A stretch of 64,000 bases of DNA from Nitrospirota bacterium (GTDB lineage: Bacteria; Nitrospirota; UBA9217), in NCBI GenBank assembly GCA_963818475.1, contig CAWFSF010000006.1:1-64000 (forward strand), written 5' to 3'. Below the pieces are notes generated by a model. It did no database searches. It worked only from the letters and a program-made list of their open reading frames with translations, and was not told the DNA's origin. Both the position numbers and the translations under genes were made by a program. This document shows, one piece after another, positions 46,837-58,496 of the stretch. Numbering within the stretch: position 1 is the first letter of the stretch; the number at the start of each line of letters is the position of its first letter.

Positions 46837-47961
46837 CCTTTTTCTGCTGGGAATCGATGTACGCCGAACGGGTCGGCGGGCTTGCCAGTGCTGCAACCAA
46901 TCTTGCAGAAACACTGGTAAAACAGGACCATGAAGTGCATTTCTTCACCCGGGGGAATATTCCCGATCAGACAATCAACGGTGTTCATTACCACTATTGC
47001 CAGCCCTCCGGAAAAAATATTGTCGAATATTGCGATGCCATGAGCAGCCTCGATGGTGGACCAGTTTAAACGCTATGATAGACCCCACCGGTTTGATTTT
47101 CTCCATTTCCATGACTGGCATCCGGTCCAGGCTCTCCATCACCTGCAGGACAGGAATACCATCCTCACGTTCCATTCAACAGAATACGGGAGGAATGGCA
47201 ACCAGTTCGGCGACTGGTGGGAGTTTAAGGAAATTTCCGGGAAAGAATGGTATGGCGGGCTTATTGCAAAACGGGTAACCGCAGTTTCCGCAACCCTGAA
47301 AAATGAAGTGATGCAGTTATACAATGTCCCTGATGAGAAATGCGATGTGGTTCCCAATGGTGTGGTCCCCCGCGAGTTCCGGGCAGCGATCAACCCGGGG
47401 GAAGTGAAGAAATCGTATGGTATACATCCCTACGCACCGCTCATCCTGTTTATCGGCAGGCTTGTCTACCAGAAAGGCCCGGACCTGCTCATCGAGGCGA
47501 TACGGAAAGTCTGCCAGCACCGCTGGGATGCACAGGTCATCGTTGCCGGGGAAGGGGGCATGCGACAGTTCCTGGAGGAGCGGGCAAAAGATCTGCCGGT
47601 CAACTTTGTCGGGTACATCCCGGATTCTGAGTATATCCGGTTATTAAATGCCGCTGATATTGTCGTCATTCCCAGCCGGAATGAACCGTTCGGGCTTGTG
47701 CTCCTGGAGGCATGGAGTGCCGAAAAATGTGTTGTTGCGTCCAATGTCGGCGGGCTCTCCGAGAACATTGACGCATTTGTAAATGGTATCAAAGTGGATG
47801 TCGACCCTGAATCCCTCGCATGGGGTATCAATATGATGATAGACGAACCAGAGAACGCAGGAGCACTGGGAAAACGAGGCAGGATCAAAGTGGATCGCCT
47901 CTTCCTCTGGGATCCGATTGTCCGAGGACTGACCGATACCTATGCCCGTACGGTTGCATGA
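46818..47961 (+). CDS. GT4 glycosyltransferase (probable glycogen synthase), frameshifted
   Basis: VGGLA N-terminal loop, HFHDWH, FIGRLVYQKG and PSRNEPFGLVLLEA. Confidence 0.88.
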
Positions 47962-48099
47962 ACATGAGGTATGGTCATGGAAGTGTTCCCTTCCTTTTTT
48001 GAGGGGCCTGAAACCGGTATTCTGTTTCCCCGGTCCATCACAAACGCGTACAGGTGTATGTCTGATATCTGAATGGGGATGCAGGATGGTCCCTGATTC

Positions 48100-49086
48100 A
48101 TGACCTTAAAGGAATCACACATGCATCATAAGAACTTTAAGGACACTATTGCAGCATCGCCCTGTATCTTTACCCTTGGTGTTGCCGGGGACAGCGGGTC
48201 CGGGAAGACCACGTTCACCGAGGGTGTACGGAGCATCTTTGGCAAGTGATCTCGTGTCAACCATTACGCTTGACGATTACCACAGCCTTGACCGGGCCGG
48301 GCGAACGGAGCAGGGAATAACGGCGCTGGACCCCAGGGCAAACCGTATTGAACAGCTCGAACGGGACCTCATCTCGCTCAAACAGGGGATGCCAGATCGA
48401 AAAACCGGTCTACAACCATGCTACCGGAACATTTGATCCACCCGTCCTCTTCCGGCCCAAGAAAATCCTCATCCTTGAAGGGCTTCACACGCTGTTCACC
48501 CCGACGCTGCGAAAATACCTTGATTTTACCCTCTTTGTGGATCCGGCACAGCAGGTGAAATATGACTGGAAGATCCGCCGCGACATGGAAAAACGGGGAT
48601 ATTCCCGTGACGCTGTCATGAAAGAAATTACTGAACGTGAACCGGATTACGAGCGGTATATTGCCCCGCAGAAGGAATTCGCGGATGCCGTGATCGGGAT
48701 CGACTATTCGGAATTCGGGCAGGACCTGGGCCTGGAGCGCAATGTCTACCGGATCACCCTCTCGCAGAACCGGATGAACCACGCCATGGAAGATATCGAT
48801 CTCTCACTGGATCTCTATTCCATCCTCTCCCTTTCCCAGCGGAATTTCTCTCTTAAATTCCTGACCAGTGATCATAATAACCACCGGATAGGTCAGCTGG
48901 TCATGGATGGCGAACTCCGTGAAGATGTCGGGGAAAAACTTGAACGCAGCATCGAGAACCAGACACGGGTCCACCCCATCTCACTCTTCAGACACACGGG
49001 ACTACGTACCCGCCGGGGATCTTGCCCAGCTGATTCTCTGCTGGCGGATTATTCACCGCCGCATTTTCATGGAGACCTGCCGGTAA
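48100..49086 (+). CDS. prk: phosphoribulokinase (archaeal type), frameshifted
   Basis: GVAGDSGSGKTTF, DDYHSLDRAGR, KPVYNHATG, ILEGLH, WKIRRD..KRGY and YIAPQKEFAD. Confidence 0.85.
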
Positions 49087-49218
49087 TGGCACTCCACGGG
49101 ATCCCGTGCAGAGGGAACGGTTGTACAACGAGGAGGATGCAATGTGATGCAGAAAGGAATAAGCGACCACGTATGAAGGGAACTTCCCCGTCTCCCAAAA
49201 AATCCTCATCCAGACCCA

Positions 49219-49930
49219 GTGTTTTCTGTCTGCTGGGAGGGCCCGCTTCCCGAACCTTCGGTCAGGACCGCAGAAGATCTCCGGGGAGTTCTTGCAGACC
49301 CGGAGTGTACCTGCACCGGACCGGTATATTACATGTATCGTGATGTTGCCCGTTCGGTAAACGACCGCAACTGGTTAACGGAGCAGCAGCTCCGGTTTGA
49401 TATCACGGTGATCCCACCGCGTGAGATCTGCGGTGAGTTCATCAAGACAAAGGGGCATTATCACCCGGATAATCCATCAGGGACCGGCTACCCTGAGATC
49501 TATGAAGTCCTTGCCGGAGAGGCACACTACCTGATCCAGGACCAGGATTGTTCCGATGTGGTGATGATAACGGCGTGTGCCGGAGAGATCGTTGTTGTTC
49601 CCCCGGGATATGGACATGTAACTATCAATCCTGCCAGAACTACCGGTCCTGCAGATGGCAAACATTGTCTCTTCGGGGTTTTCGAGCAATTACCAGAGAT
49701 ATGAAGCGCAACGGGGGGCAGCATTTTTTGAGATGGTAAAGGAAGGGTTTGTACAGAACCCGGCATATGCGAAACCTCCACCTCTCCGATGTGAAGGCAC
49801 AGCGGGTCGCTGGTGTGAGGAATGCGATCACAGCCCCGCTCTACGATTTGATCGAAAAGCGGGCTCCGGTCTGGAATTTCTCAATTATCCTGAAAAATAC
49901 GGATCATTATTCCGGGAACTCTGCCCGTAA
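49219..49930 (+). CDS. cupin-type glucose-6-phosphate isomerase, frameshifted
   Basis: YYMYRD, EFIKTKGHYH, YPEIYEVL.G and VPPGYGHVTIN. Confidence 0.9.
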
Positions 49931-49945
49931 CCTCTTTTTAGTAAT

Positions 49946-51452
49946 TCATGTTCTCCCGTATACTTCGGTCATATCACCGAGGTTTTCAGTTACGAGGGGG
50001 CTGATCTGGTCTTTTTCCAGCTGCCATCTCCAGTTGCCCTTATCGGTTCCGGGCCGGTTCATCCGGGATTCTACACCAAGGCCGAGGATATCCTGCATGG
50101 GGAATGATTACCGTATCTGCAACTGACATCATGGCAAGACCGGATTAAAACGGCGGGTACCTGTTCTGCGCGGAAGTTCCTGCCCGATATACCGGAAGAG
50201 CCTGTGTTTCTCTTCCGTTGCAGCCTCCGATTCCAGCCACCCGCGGACAGGGGCATTGTCATGGGTACCGGTATACAGGATACAGTTCTTTTTCAGGTTA
50301 TGCGGGGCGTGCGGACTGCCGGAAGGATCATCGGTAAATGCAAAGAGGAGGACTCGCATACCCGGCAGATCAAACCGGTCCATGAGGTCTGAGACATCCG
50401 GGGTAATAATGCCGAGATCTTCTGCAATAAGGGGAAGATCGACAACACGGTTTTTCAGGACGGTTAATAATTTTTCACCGGGTGCAGGAACCCACTTCCC
50501 GTGCATTGCATTGTCTGCACCTGCCGGAACTTCCCAGTACGCGACAAGGCCACGGAAGTGATCAATTCTCGTATAATCAACCAGGGAGAGGGTATGCTCG
50601 ATCCGGTCTATCCACCAGGAAAAGCCGGATCGTTCATGCTCTTCCCAGCAGTAGAGCGGATTTTTCCAGAGCTGCCCGGTTCTGCTGAAATAATCAGGGG
50701 GCACGCCGGCCATAACGAGAGGAAGCAGGTTGTCATCGAGCCGGAACAATTCCGGGTGCGTCCAGACATCAGCACTGTCATAACTGACGTAAATCGGGAT
50801 ATCCCCTATCAACCGGATACCTTTTTTTATGCAGTAATTCCTCAAAGCCTGCCACTGCATGAAAGAACATATACTGGAGAAATTTTTCCCGTTTCGATAT
50901 TTTTCCAAAGGGTCTGTCTCATCGCATCCAGTGCTGCCGGATCCCGGTATTTTATCGCCTCCGGCCAGGTGCTCCAGAGACTTCCCTTAATAGTGCCGGT
51001 GTAACGAGGTGAAAAGCGCAAAATCCTCAAGCCACCAGGAATTATTCCTGCAGAACTCATCAAACCTGGTCACGGTCGATCTGGTCCCGCCTGAACCGCT
51101 CATACGCCCGAAAAAACAATCTTTCCTTGAACCGGATCACCGCGTCAAAATCTACGGTACCACGAGGAAATTCCGGGACTCCGGAAATATCGTGTTTTTG
51201 TAAAAAACCGTCTTTTACCATACAGTCCGGGCTGATCAGATTTGTATTGAATGCAAAGGTGGATATGCTGTGATAGGGGGAATTATCATATTCCGGACTG
51301 GTGGGATTCACGGGAAGGATCTGCCAGTAACGCTGTTTTGCATCCGACAGGAAATCCACAAACTGACAGGCAGATGGCCCGAGATCCCCGATGCCATATC
51401 CTGAAAAAAGGGAGGTGATATGCAAAAGGATTCCGCTTCCTCTTTGTTTCAT
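49946..51452 (-). CDS. malQ: 4-alpha-glucanotransferase (GH77), frameshifted
   Basis: SGILLHITSL, WQILP, GDIPIYV, GVPPDYFS, RIDHFRG, IAEDLG and YTGTHDN. Confidence 0.95.
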
Positions 51453-51525
51453 ACAAGATGCCCCCGTATTTTTCCTGGATGTACAGTGCTGGTGCCGCTC
51501 CCTGATCCGGCCACTCCATACCCTG

Positions 51526-54025
51526 TCATAAAAATTTCACCCCAAGATAACATCCCAGCTCCTCAAACAGCCGGATCCATTCCCGTGCATGTGCATTCCC
51601 GGATCCTGCAAGCACCTGCATACCCGCTGCTTTTTTGCGGCCGATACGGAAATAATAATTCTGTGATTCCCAGAGATTGTATTTCAGGGCGAGCGGGCAT
51701 AAAATTGTAAAGACCTCATTGATCTTTTCCATCAGGAATGGATCGTCCGGGCTTTCAAGAAGTCGCTGCATGAGGGCTGTGATGGCTGCACTTGCCGTGA
51801 AATTGAGCGTCGCAGTATCCGGTTCGAATTTTCCTTTTGTCATTTCACCAACCAGGACCGCAAGTCGTTCTGTATCGGGATCTTTGGCTGAAAGAATCTT
51901 TTTGAGATCAAGATTGATGATATACCAGACCGGGTCTTCGAGTACTTTTGGCGGGGGTATCTGCATCTCTTTCATCGCAGAGAGAAGCGGGAAAAACTGT
52001 TTGTAGATATGCCGGAATGCAGATTCCCTATCCGCAAGCGTGGAATCAAGAACAGCATATATTACCTTTCGCTGTCCGTCCCTGAACAGGTGCCGGAGTG
52101 TATAGGAATGACTGCCATAGTGTTTTTCAAGACTGAGCATTATCCGGGGGATGTCACTTTTGGAAAAACCGTCCATTAATTCATCCCGCATCGCACCATA
52201 GGTCATTTCATCGACGTATTCGGTTGCCCCTCCCATGAAACTGATGGTTTCCCAGATGAAGAACGGCAAACATCAGGGTATTTTCTTCCCACGTAGTATC
52301 GGAATGCAGGAAGACTTTTCCCAGTGACAAGTCTGAGATCGCCGGATTCTGCCTTCTCTAACGCTTCGTTCCGGAGGGTATAATTCCGTATCCGGATCGT
52401 TTCCGGAGATCCTGCAACCAGTGAGGACACTGCATAGTGAAATCCAACCCTTGAAAGATCAACAACTGATGTCCGGACAAAATTTTTGTACACCTGTGCG
52501 CCATTCCCCTGTTCCGGTACAGTGCCGGGAGCTTTTTCCAGGATACGGATAAATTCGGGGTTCCAGATCAACCCCCGCCACTTCCCGTGCAAGCTGCATT
52601 GCACGACAGGCATACCTCATTACCTGGACGGATTCGATACCGGAAATATCTTCAAAAAACCACCCGCAGCTGGTATACATGAGCATACCATTTCTCTGCA
52701 TCTCGAGCAAGCTTGAGTACCTGGACCTTGTCTTCCTTTGAAAGTGTCCGTACCGCATGGTTTGAGAAGAAGGCTTCGATGGTTCCACGAGAACGGTCCA
52801 GGATGATGTTGATATAATCATCCCGTGCCTGCCAGGGATCGGTAACATACGAATTCATTCTCTCACCGTAGAGTGCCGCAAGGTTCTGGCAGAGCCAGTC
52901 CATGGCCTCACGGAGGGGTGCCCTCCACTTCTGTCGTGAGACGATCTCACAACTTTTGTCACCAGGAGGTGTAACCGGGACCGGGCAGGGACCAGGAGGA
53001 GTCATCTGGATACTGGAACCCTTGGTACAGCATCCGCAGTCACTTCTCCAGCGCTCGACACCGTGGGGGCAGCTCCATGACGTATTTTCGATAATTTCTA
53101 CCTGGTGGGTGGGTGGACAGGTGCTCAGGTATTCGCCATAGACGGTAATCCGGGCAAGATTTCTGGATTCAAGGTAATGAAGGGCGTACGCCAGTGCCAT
53201 GTCACCAAAGCGGTGGTGATGCCCGTAGGTTTCCCCATCAGATGCAATGGATAACAACCCGGATTCTTTCTGGTTCAGGAAAAAATAGTCCATCATCCGG
53301 TTGGCAAACACTTCGCCATTTTCCAAAAGACGGAAAAACGCCATCTCCCGTGCAATGGTTTCTTCATAAAAAAAGATGACAATCGACCCACCGGAGGGCA
53401 GACGGCACAGGTATGGCCGGGAACAATCAATGGTCCCCGGCTTACATCCGTCCATCGGGAGTCATTGATCGGTCTGGTACGGCTGGCCTGTTTTGGAGAG
53501 AGTATCGTAAACGCAATGCCCTGTTCTGCCAGAATTTCCAGGGTTTCGATGTCAACTGCCGTTTCCGGCAGCCACATCCCTTCAGGTCGTCGTCTGAACC
53601 GGGAGATAAAATCCTTTATTCCCCAGACTACCTGTGTACGTTTGTCCCTGCGGCTGGCAAGGGGCATGATAATATGGTTGTATACCTGGGCTATGGCTGA
53701 ACCATGCCCGGAAAACCGATTAATGCTCTCCTTATCTGCTTTTAGAATGGCTGAGATACACTTCCGGCTGGTTGCGCTCCAGCCAGGTAAGCAGGGTGGG
53801 ACCGAAATTAAAACTGATCCTTGAATAGTTATTGACAATATCAATGATCCGTTTATCTGAATCGAGAATCCGGGATGCCGCATTCGGTGCATAGCATTCA
53901 GCAGCGATACGTTCATTCCAGTCATGATACGGGTAGGCAGAATCCTCGATCTCGACTTCTTCAAGCCAGGGATTCTCGCGTGGGGGCTGATAGAAGTGGC
54001 CATGTATACAGACAAAACGACTCAT
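51526..54025 (-). CDS. GH57 glycoside hydrolase with a DUF3536 domain, frameshifted
   Basis: IHGHFYQPPRENPW, SFNFGPTL, GMWLPETA, DGETYGHH, SWSCPHGVERW and MYTSCGWFF. Confidence 0.92.
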
Positions 54026-54662
54026 GTACTCCCTCATATCACAAAAACCCGCAGGCATGACTGGATCATTTCCGGGTATTCCCCGGTCTCTTTTCCCAGA
54101 TAATAATCTTCTGTGCGGTTATGTATCAGGAGTTATAGTATCAGCAGTATCCTCCCATCTTTATTCACTCCCCTCCCACCTCGTTCTTCTTTCACAGGTC
54201 CACATAACCGAAGAACCTGCAGGTATGGTACAAAAGGAGAGGTATGGAACTGTTCGGCACAGATCGCAGGGTGATCAATTTTTCGGTCACCGTACAGTAT
54301 CCATGAACGCAATTGCAGTCCGGGCACCACCATCCGACCGGAATGTAGTGCTGTTTTGTGTTTTTCGTCATAGACCCGGATAGAGGTCCTGGACATATGC
54401 TGCTGCCGTGTCCTTGTATTCTGCATGACAGTGAAGTGCTGGAACATGGACAGACCTCCTTTTTATCGTTACTAATAACATATCCCCGTGTTCTGATTTT
54501 TGCAATTTATATCCTGACATGGCATGATTCAAATTTTGTAAATTACAGACAGGTCTTTAAATAAATCCGGAGATGTACTCGCTTGTTCCAGGGTATTTTC
54601 CTTATGTTTCGTTGAAGCATCATGAAAAATATCCTGTCAGAAAGGACGATTGGTGAATACAT

Positions 54663-54998
54663 ATGACAGAAGACTCAATTAACAGGATGGTAAATAAGGG
54701 TGTTTTGGGAGCTGATGACGTGAAGCTCCAGACCGCACAGAAACTGGAGGAGGCTGCCCGTAAGCTTCGGAGTGCAGACATATCGACGCACGGGGAAGAT
54801 ATCAAGAAAATCATGAATGATATCGAATCCCAGGTGTACCAGTTCAAAAAAGAGGCTGGTGTAAAATATGATGAAATGGAAGCCGGTTTCCATGAATCCA
54901 TGAAACCGATAGAAACGATGATTACCGATCACCCAATCCCCGCAGTCCTGGTAGCGATTGGTGTTGGGGTTCTTGCCGGTATGTTGATCAGGAGATAA
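54663..54998 (+). CDS. DUF883/ElaB-YqjD-like tail-anchored membrane protein
   Basis: Helical N-terminal part and C-terminal HPIPAVLVAIGVGVLAGMLIRR. Confidence 0.75.
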   Translation: MTEDSINRMVNKGVLGADDVKLQTAQKLEEAARKLRSADISTHGEDIKKIMNDIESQVYQFKKEAGVKYDEMEAGFHESMKPIETMITDHPIPAVLVAIGVGVLAGMLIRR

Positions 54999-55109
54999 TC
55001 CAGCGATTGATGCGCAGTGAATCTGCCGCCACCTGATATCTGGATTACCTGCAAACACGGCCAGGTGAAGTGTACATGATGAAAAAAAATAAGGAACAAG
55101 GAGATTAAC

Positions 55110-55253
55110 ATGGCGATTGAAGTGAATTGGGGGATGATGGGATTATTCTCCGTGATTGCATTTCTGGTGGGCTGGTTCATATTTGGTTTGCTGGGTGCCG
55201 TGGTATTAGCCATTATTGTAATGGTGGTTATGGGTATTATCCAGTTCAGGTAA
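55110..55253 (+). CDS. 47-aa membrane peptide (below the ORF-track cutoff)
   Basis: AGGAG ribosome-binding site, then MAIEVNWGMMGLFSVIAFLVGWFIFGLLGAVVLAIIVMVVMGIIQFR-stop. Confidence 0.6.
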   Translation: MAIEVNWGMMGLFSVIAFLVGWFIFGLLGAVVLAIIVMVVMGIIQFR

Positions 55254-55444
55254 AATTCCCGTTGAATAACCGTAATTGTGGTACTGAGGTGAAAGTGCGG
55301 CGGCATTCATCACAACTTATCGATAGAAGGGTTCCAATTCCGAATAGCAACTGATAAACATGATTAAATATGAAAATACCCTCACTTTTTCATCCGGTAT
55401 GCTTGCAGTACATCCGGATCATGTTTGTTTTCATGGGAAATCAT

Positions 55445-55606
55445 AGATACTTTCAAGGAGGGGACAGTGCCTGTCCCCCCATACCGCCCCTCCGCTTTGC
55501 GATAGCGCTGTTATTACCTATTCAGGGGTTATCGCATTTTGGGAGGCCGTAGCGGCGGGGGGAAACCCCGTGAGCGTTCATGTTTTTTGAACTTTTCTGC
55601 AGAGCC
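55445..55606. repeat. partial copy of the MITE-like element (module A + right end)
   Basis: AAGGAGGGGACAGTGCCTGTCCCCCC...GCGATAGCGCTGTTATTACC...TTATCGCA...GGGGGGAAACCCC, ending TTCTGCAGAGCC. Confidence 0.78.
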
Positions 55607-55816
55607 GTTTTTTGCATTTTTTTATAAACCAGGCGTTTTTTTAATAAACCGCAGGTGAAGAGCAGATTTTGTAATCAACAGGCAGTTCTTTATACGCACG
55701 CACCATGTAATCGCCTGCTCTGGTATGAAACAAAGGACAGCATTTTCAGGAACATTTTCCCGGAGCATCAATACCCCATCATTTCAGTTGAGTAAGGAAA
55801 GGAGCTGGACAAAAAC

Positions 55817-56026
55817 ATGCAGGATACAAATACGCAGGAAATAACGACGCAGGAACAAGACAACCAGGCAGCCGAGGCTGATAATATCAGGTACCAGGTC
55901 TTATTGGCATCGGAAGAAGCTGCCTCTAAGCTGCGCAATAGTGTGGCAGGGATGTCAGGCAATCTTCTTACATCGATGGGGCCCGGAGAGGAAAGTCAGC
56001 TACAAAAAGCCAATATAAAAAGGTAA
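55817..56026 (+). CDS. small hypothetical protein
   Basis: 69-aa ORF with an upstream purine-rich site. Confidence 0.4.
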   Translation: MQDTNTQEITTQEQDNQAAEADNIRYQVLLASEEAASKLRNSVAGMSGNLLTSMGPGEESQLQKANIKR

Positions 56027-56307
56027 AACCTGTCGCGGACATACCGGCAGCGTCGGTGATAAAAGAACTTTCATCCTCCACCAGCACATTACCATAATTT
56101 TTATTGCCACGGTGTCCTTTTGGCTGTCGCTTTTTCCTTTTAACGATAACAAATTCTTTAACCGGCCCGGAACCTGTCCGGATTTTTTCACAGGAAAGGA
56201 GAATTACGGTTTGTTACCGTGTATAATCTGATATGCAGGGTGGGGATTATACTCCGCAGGCGGACGGCAGTGTATGAAAAACGTTCGCGGTGCAAAAAAG
56301 GAATTCT

Positions 56308-56999
56308 TCACCGGTGCGGGGTGACAACAACGGCCGGGGGATTGATCCGGATCGATTTGTAAATATTCACGATATTGTTCTGGAATTCCTGGACTGGCTG
56401 GCGCTTGTTCTGGGTCTTGAACGAGAAGATATACATGCCGTTTTCCGTTGATGTGAATATGTATGTCCCTTTAACCTGGTCGGTCTGGAAATCCAGCTCA
56501 TAGGATTTGTAACCGGATATCATGAGGGTGTAACTGTGGACTTTTACTTCTGTCAGGACATCGTAGGTCTTCTGGACAGCAACGGTTGCGTTGTTGAAAT
56601 ACTTCTCAAAGTCCGTTCCGGGGTTCTGATCGACATCAACACTCAGGACAACATATGACGACTGGTCCCCTGGTATGGTATCGGGGGAGTAGAAATTGGC
56701 AATATTTTCTGTCATCTTCCCATAGTCCCTGACCCCGCCCATAAGAACATCCTGCCTCTTCCAGTCGGCCGGGACTGAAATGGTTACACCATAGGGAAGG
56801 GAGGCACTCACACCCGTATTGGCCGGCACAGAGGTGCTGGCCAGAGCAGGTACCCCCTGCCCGGCAGTCACGCCAGGGAATCCGTCGCCGCGGGAATCTT
56901 TGGGTCTGTGGGACTGGAACAACCGGCAAAAAGCACCGTAATTGCTACAAGCACGACGACTGCCATGCCAATGCAGGCAGAACAGGAAAACGCTTTCAT
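56308..56999 (-). CDS. secreted lipoprotein, PsbP-like, frameshifted
   Basis: MKAF...LFAGCSS lipobox. YGVTISVPADW and ISGYKSYELDF motifs. Confidence 0.7.
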
Positions 57000-57048
57000 G
57001 AAATCTCTCCTCAAATACTATTGTTTTGTATTGAGTTGCACGGATTGG

Positions 57049-57147
57049 GATCCGCCTGGTGTTGACCCAGCCCATGAGCGTCACGTTATAGCCTACATCA
57101 TTTTTTCCCAATTCTCCGCAGGTATGCGTCTTTTTCATTGATTTCAC
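57049..57147 (-). other. aspS: 5' fragment of a bacterial aspartyl-tRNA synthetase, cut at a GATC
   Basis: MKKTHTCGEL...VG..VTLMGWVNTRR is the bacterial AspRS N-terminus. Similarity stops at GGATCC (57048-57053). Confidence 0.85.
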
Positions 57148-57359
57148 GGTGCCACGCCCCTTCTTTTTTCATGATGCAAAACAGGCTGGATAATAGCATC
57201 TCATGCGCTGAAAAGTCAAGTGAACTATAGGCTTTAGAAGGGCAATTGCGGAATGCGGATTTCGGAATGCGGAATAAAATCAAAAAAATTCAGGAGCGTA
57301 AATAAAGCGCAGATATTTTCTACGCCGGCTGTTCAATGACGAATATTTAGAGCGGGTGT

Positions 57360-58181
57360 CTAGCTATACTCTTCATGATCATCGCCGAACACATGGTGGA
57401 TGATCTCCCAGGAGGTCTCTTCAATGGATTTGTTCGTGGTGTCCAGGACCTTCCAGCTCTGGTTCTTCCTGGCCAGGTCCCGAACATATTCGACCTCGGC
57501 AAAGACCTTTTTAAGGTCGCTGTAGCTCGGTTTGAGGCCGGAATTTCTCTGGCGCACCTTCCGGATCTTCTGGAGGACCTCGGGGTCGATGTTGAGGCAG
57601 ACGATCTTGTGCTGGTCGATCGTAAAGAGCTCTTCGGGCAGCGGAATGCCCGGAACGATGGGGACGTTGGCGACCTTGTATCCCTCCTGCGCCAGGAAGA
57701 ACGAGGTCGGCGTTTTGGACGTCCGCGAGAGTCCGACGAGCACGATATCCGCCTCCTTGAGCCGTTCCGCGCCCCTGCCGTCATCGTGGCCGAGCGTGTA
57801 TTCTATGGCGTCGATGCGCTTGAAATAGCGTTCATCGACCTTCCTGAGCAGGCTCGGGGTCTCGAGCGGTTCCAGTTTCAGGTAGGACGAAAGCGTGTTG
57901 ATGAGCGGGCCCAGGATGTCGAGGTGGTAAATATCGTTCTTTTTGCAGTACTCTTCGGTAAAGTCCCGCATCTCCTTTTTGACAAAGGTGAAAGCGATGA
58001 GGGCCTTGTCCGATTTCGCTTGATCGAGAAGTTTTTTGAGCCCGGCCTTTGAGTCGACATCGTGGTAGACCATGATCTTGGTGCGGGCATGCTTGAACTG
58101 CACCAGGGCCGCCCTCAGAATGTGCAGACCGCTCTGGCCCGTGGCATCGGAAAGGATGTAGATGTTTTTTTTCGGGGACAT
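57360..58181 (-). CDS. ppsR: PEP synthase / pyruvate phosphate dikinase regulatory kinase-pyrophosphorylase (PDRP, DUF299)
   Basis: ILSDATG, YFKRIDAIEYTL.HDDG, GLSRTSKTP, KVANVP and TNKSIEET. True start is MSPKK at 58181. Confidence 0.93.
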   Translation of the reverse strand: MSPKKNIYILSDATGQSGLHILRAALVQFKHARTKIMVYHDVDSKAGLKKLLDQAKSDKALIAFTFVKKEMRDFTEEYCKKNDIYHLDILGPLINTLSSYLKLEPLETPSLLRKVDERYFKRIDAIEYTLGHDDGRGAERLKEADIVLVGLSRTSKTPTSFFLAQEGYKVANVPIVPGIPLPEELFTIDQHKIVCLNIDPEVLQKIRKVRQRNSGLKPSYSDLKKVFAEVEYVRDLARKNQSWKVLDTTNKSIEETSWEIIHHVFGDDHEEYS

Positions 58182-58496
58182 GTCGGCCTCCTGTATTCGG
58201 CAAGTTCTGCGCCCACCGCTTGTTGTGCAGTTCAACGATCGGCGGGTACGACAGGATGTCATACTGCTTCTCATGACCATAACAAAACGAAGGCAGCACG
58301 TCAATGAAAATTCTGAGCACGAATGTGTCCCGTAGCCCGGCCCAGCCTGCATGAGCAGCGTTGCTGCAAATGCGCGTCCCCTCCGGCATACCGCAATTCT
58401 CAAGTCCTACCGAAAAACTTGCCTTTTGTGTCCGTTTATAGTAATTTTATAACGAAGCCCTATCGATCTGAAGTTTTTCGAAGAGAAGGTTGAACT

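Noticed and set aside
56308-57147. 279-aa ORF as a novel AspRS-PsbP fusion
   Set aside because: It is a chance read-through of the aspS stub, the junction, non-coding DNA and a frameshifted lipoprotein gene.
58366-58382. Second sigma-54 promoter for the PDRP gene (minus strand GGGACG-N5-TTGC)
   Set aside because: Poor match at the -24 element and ~185 nt from the start codon. Not supportable.
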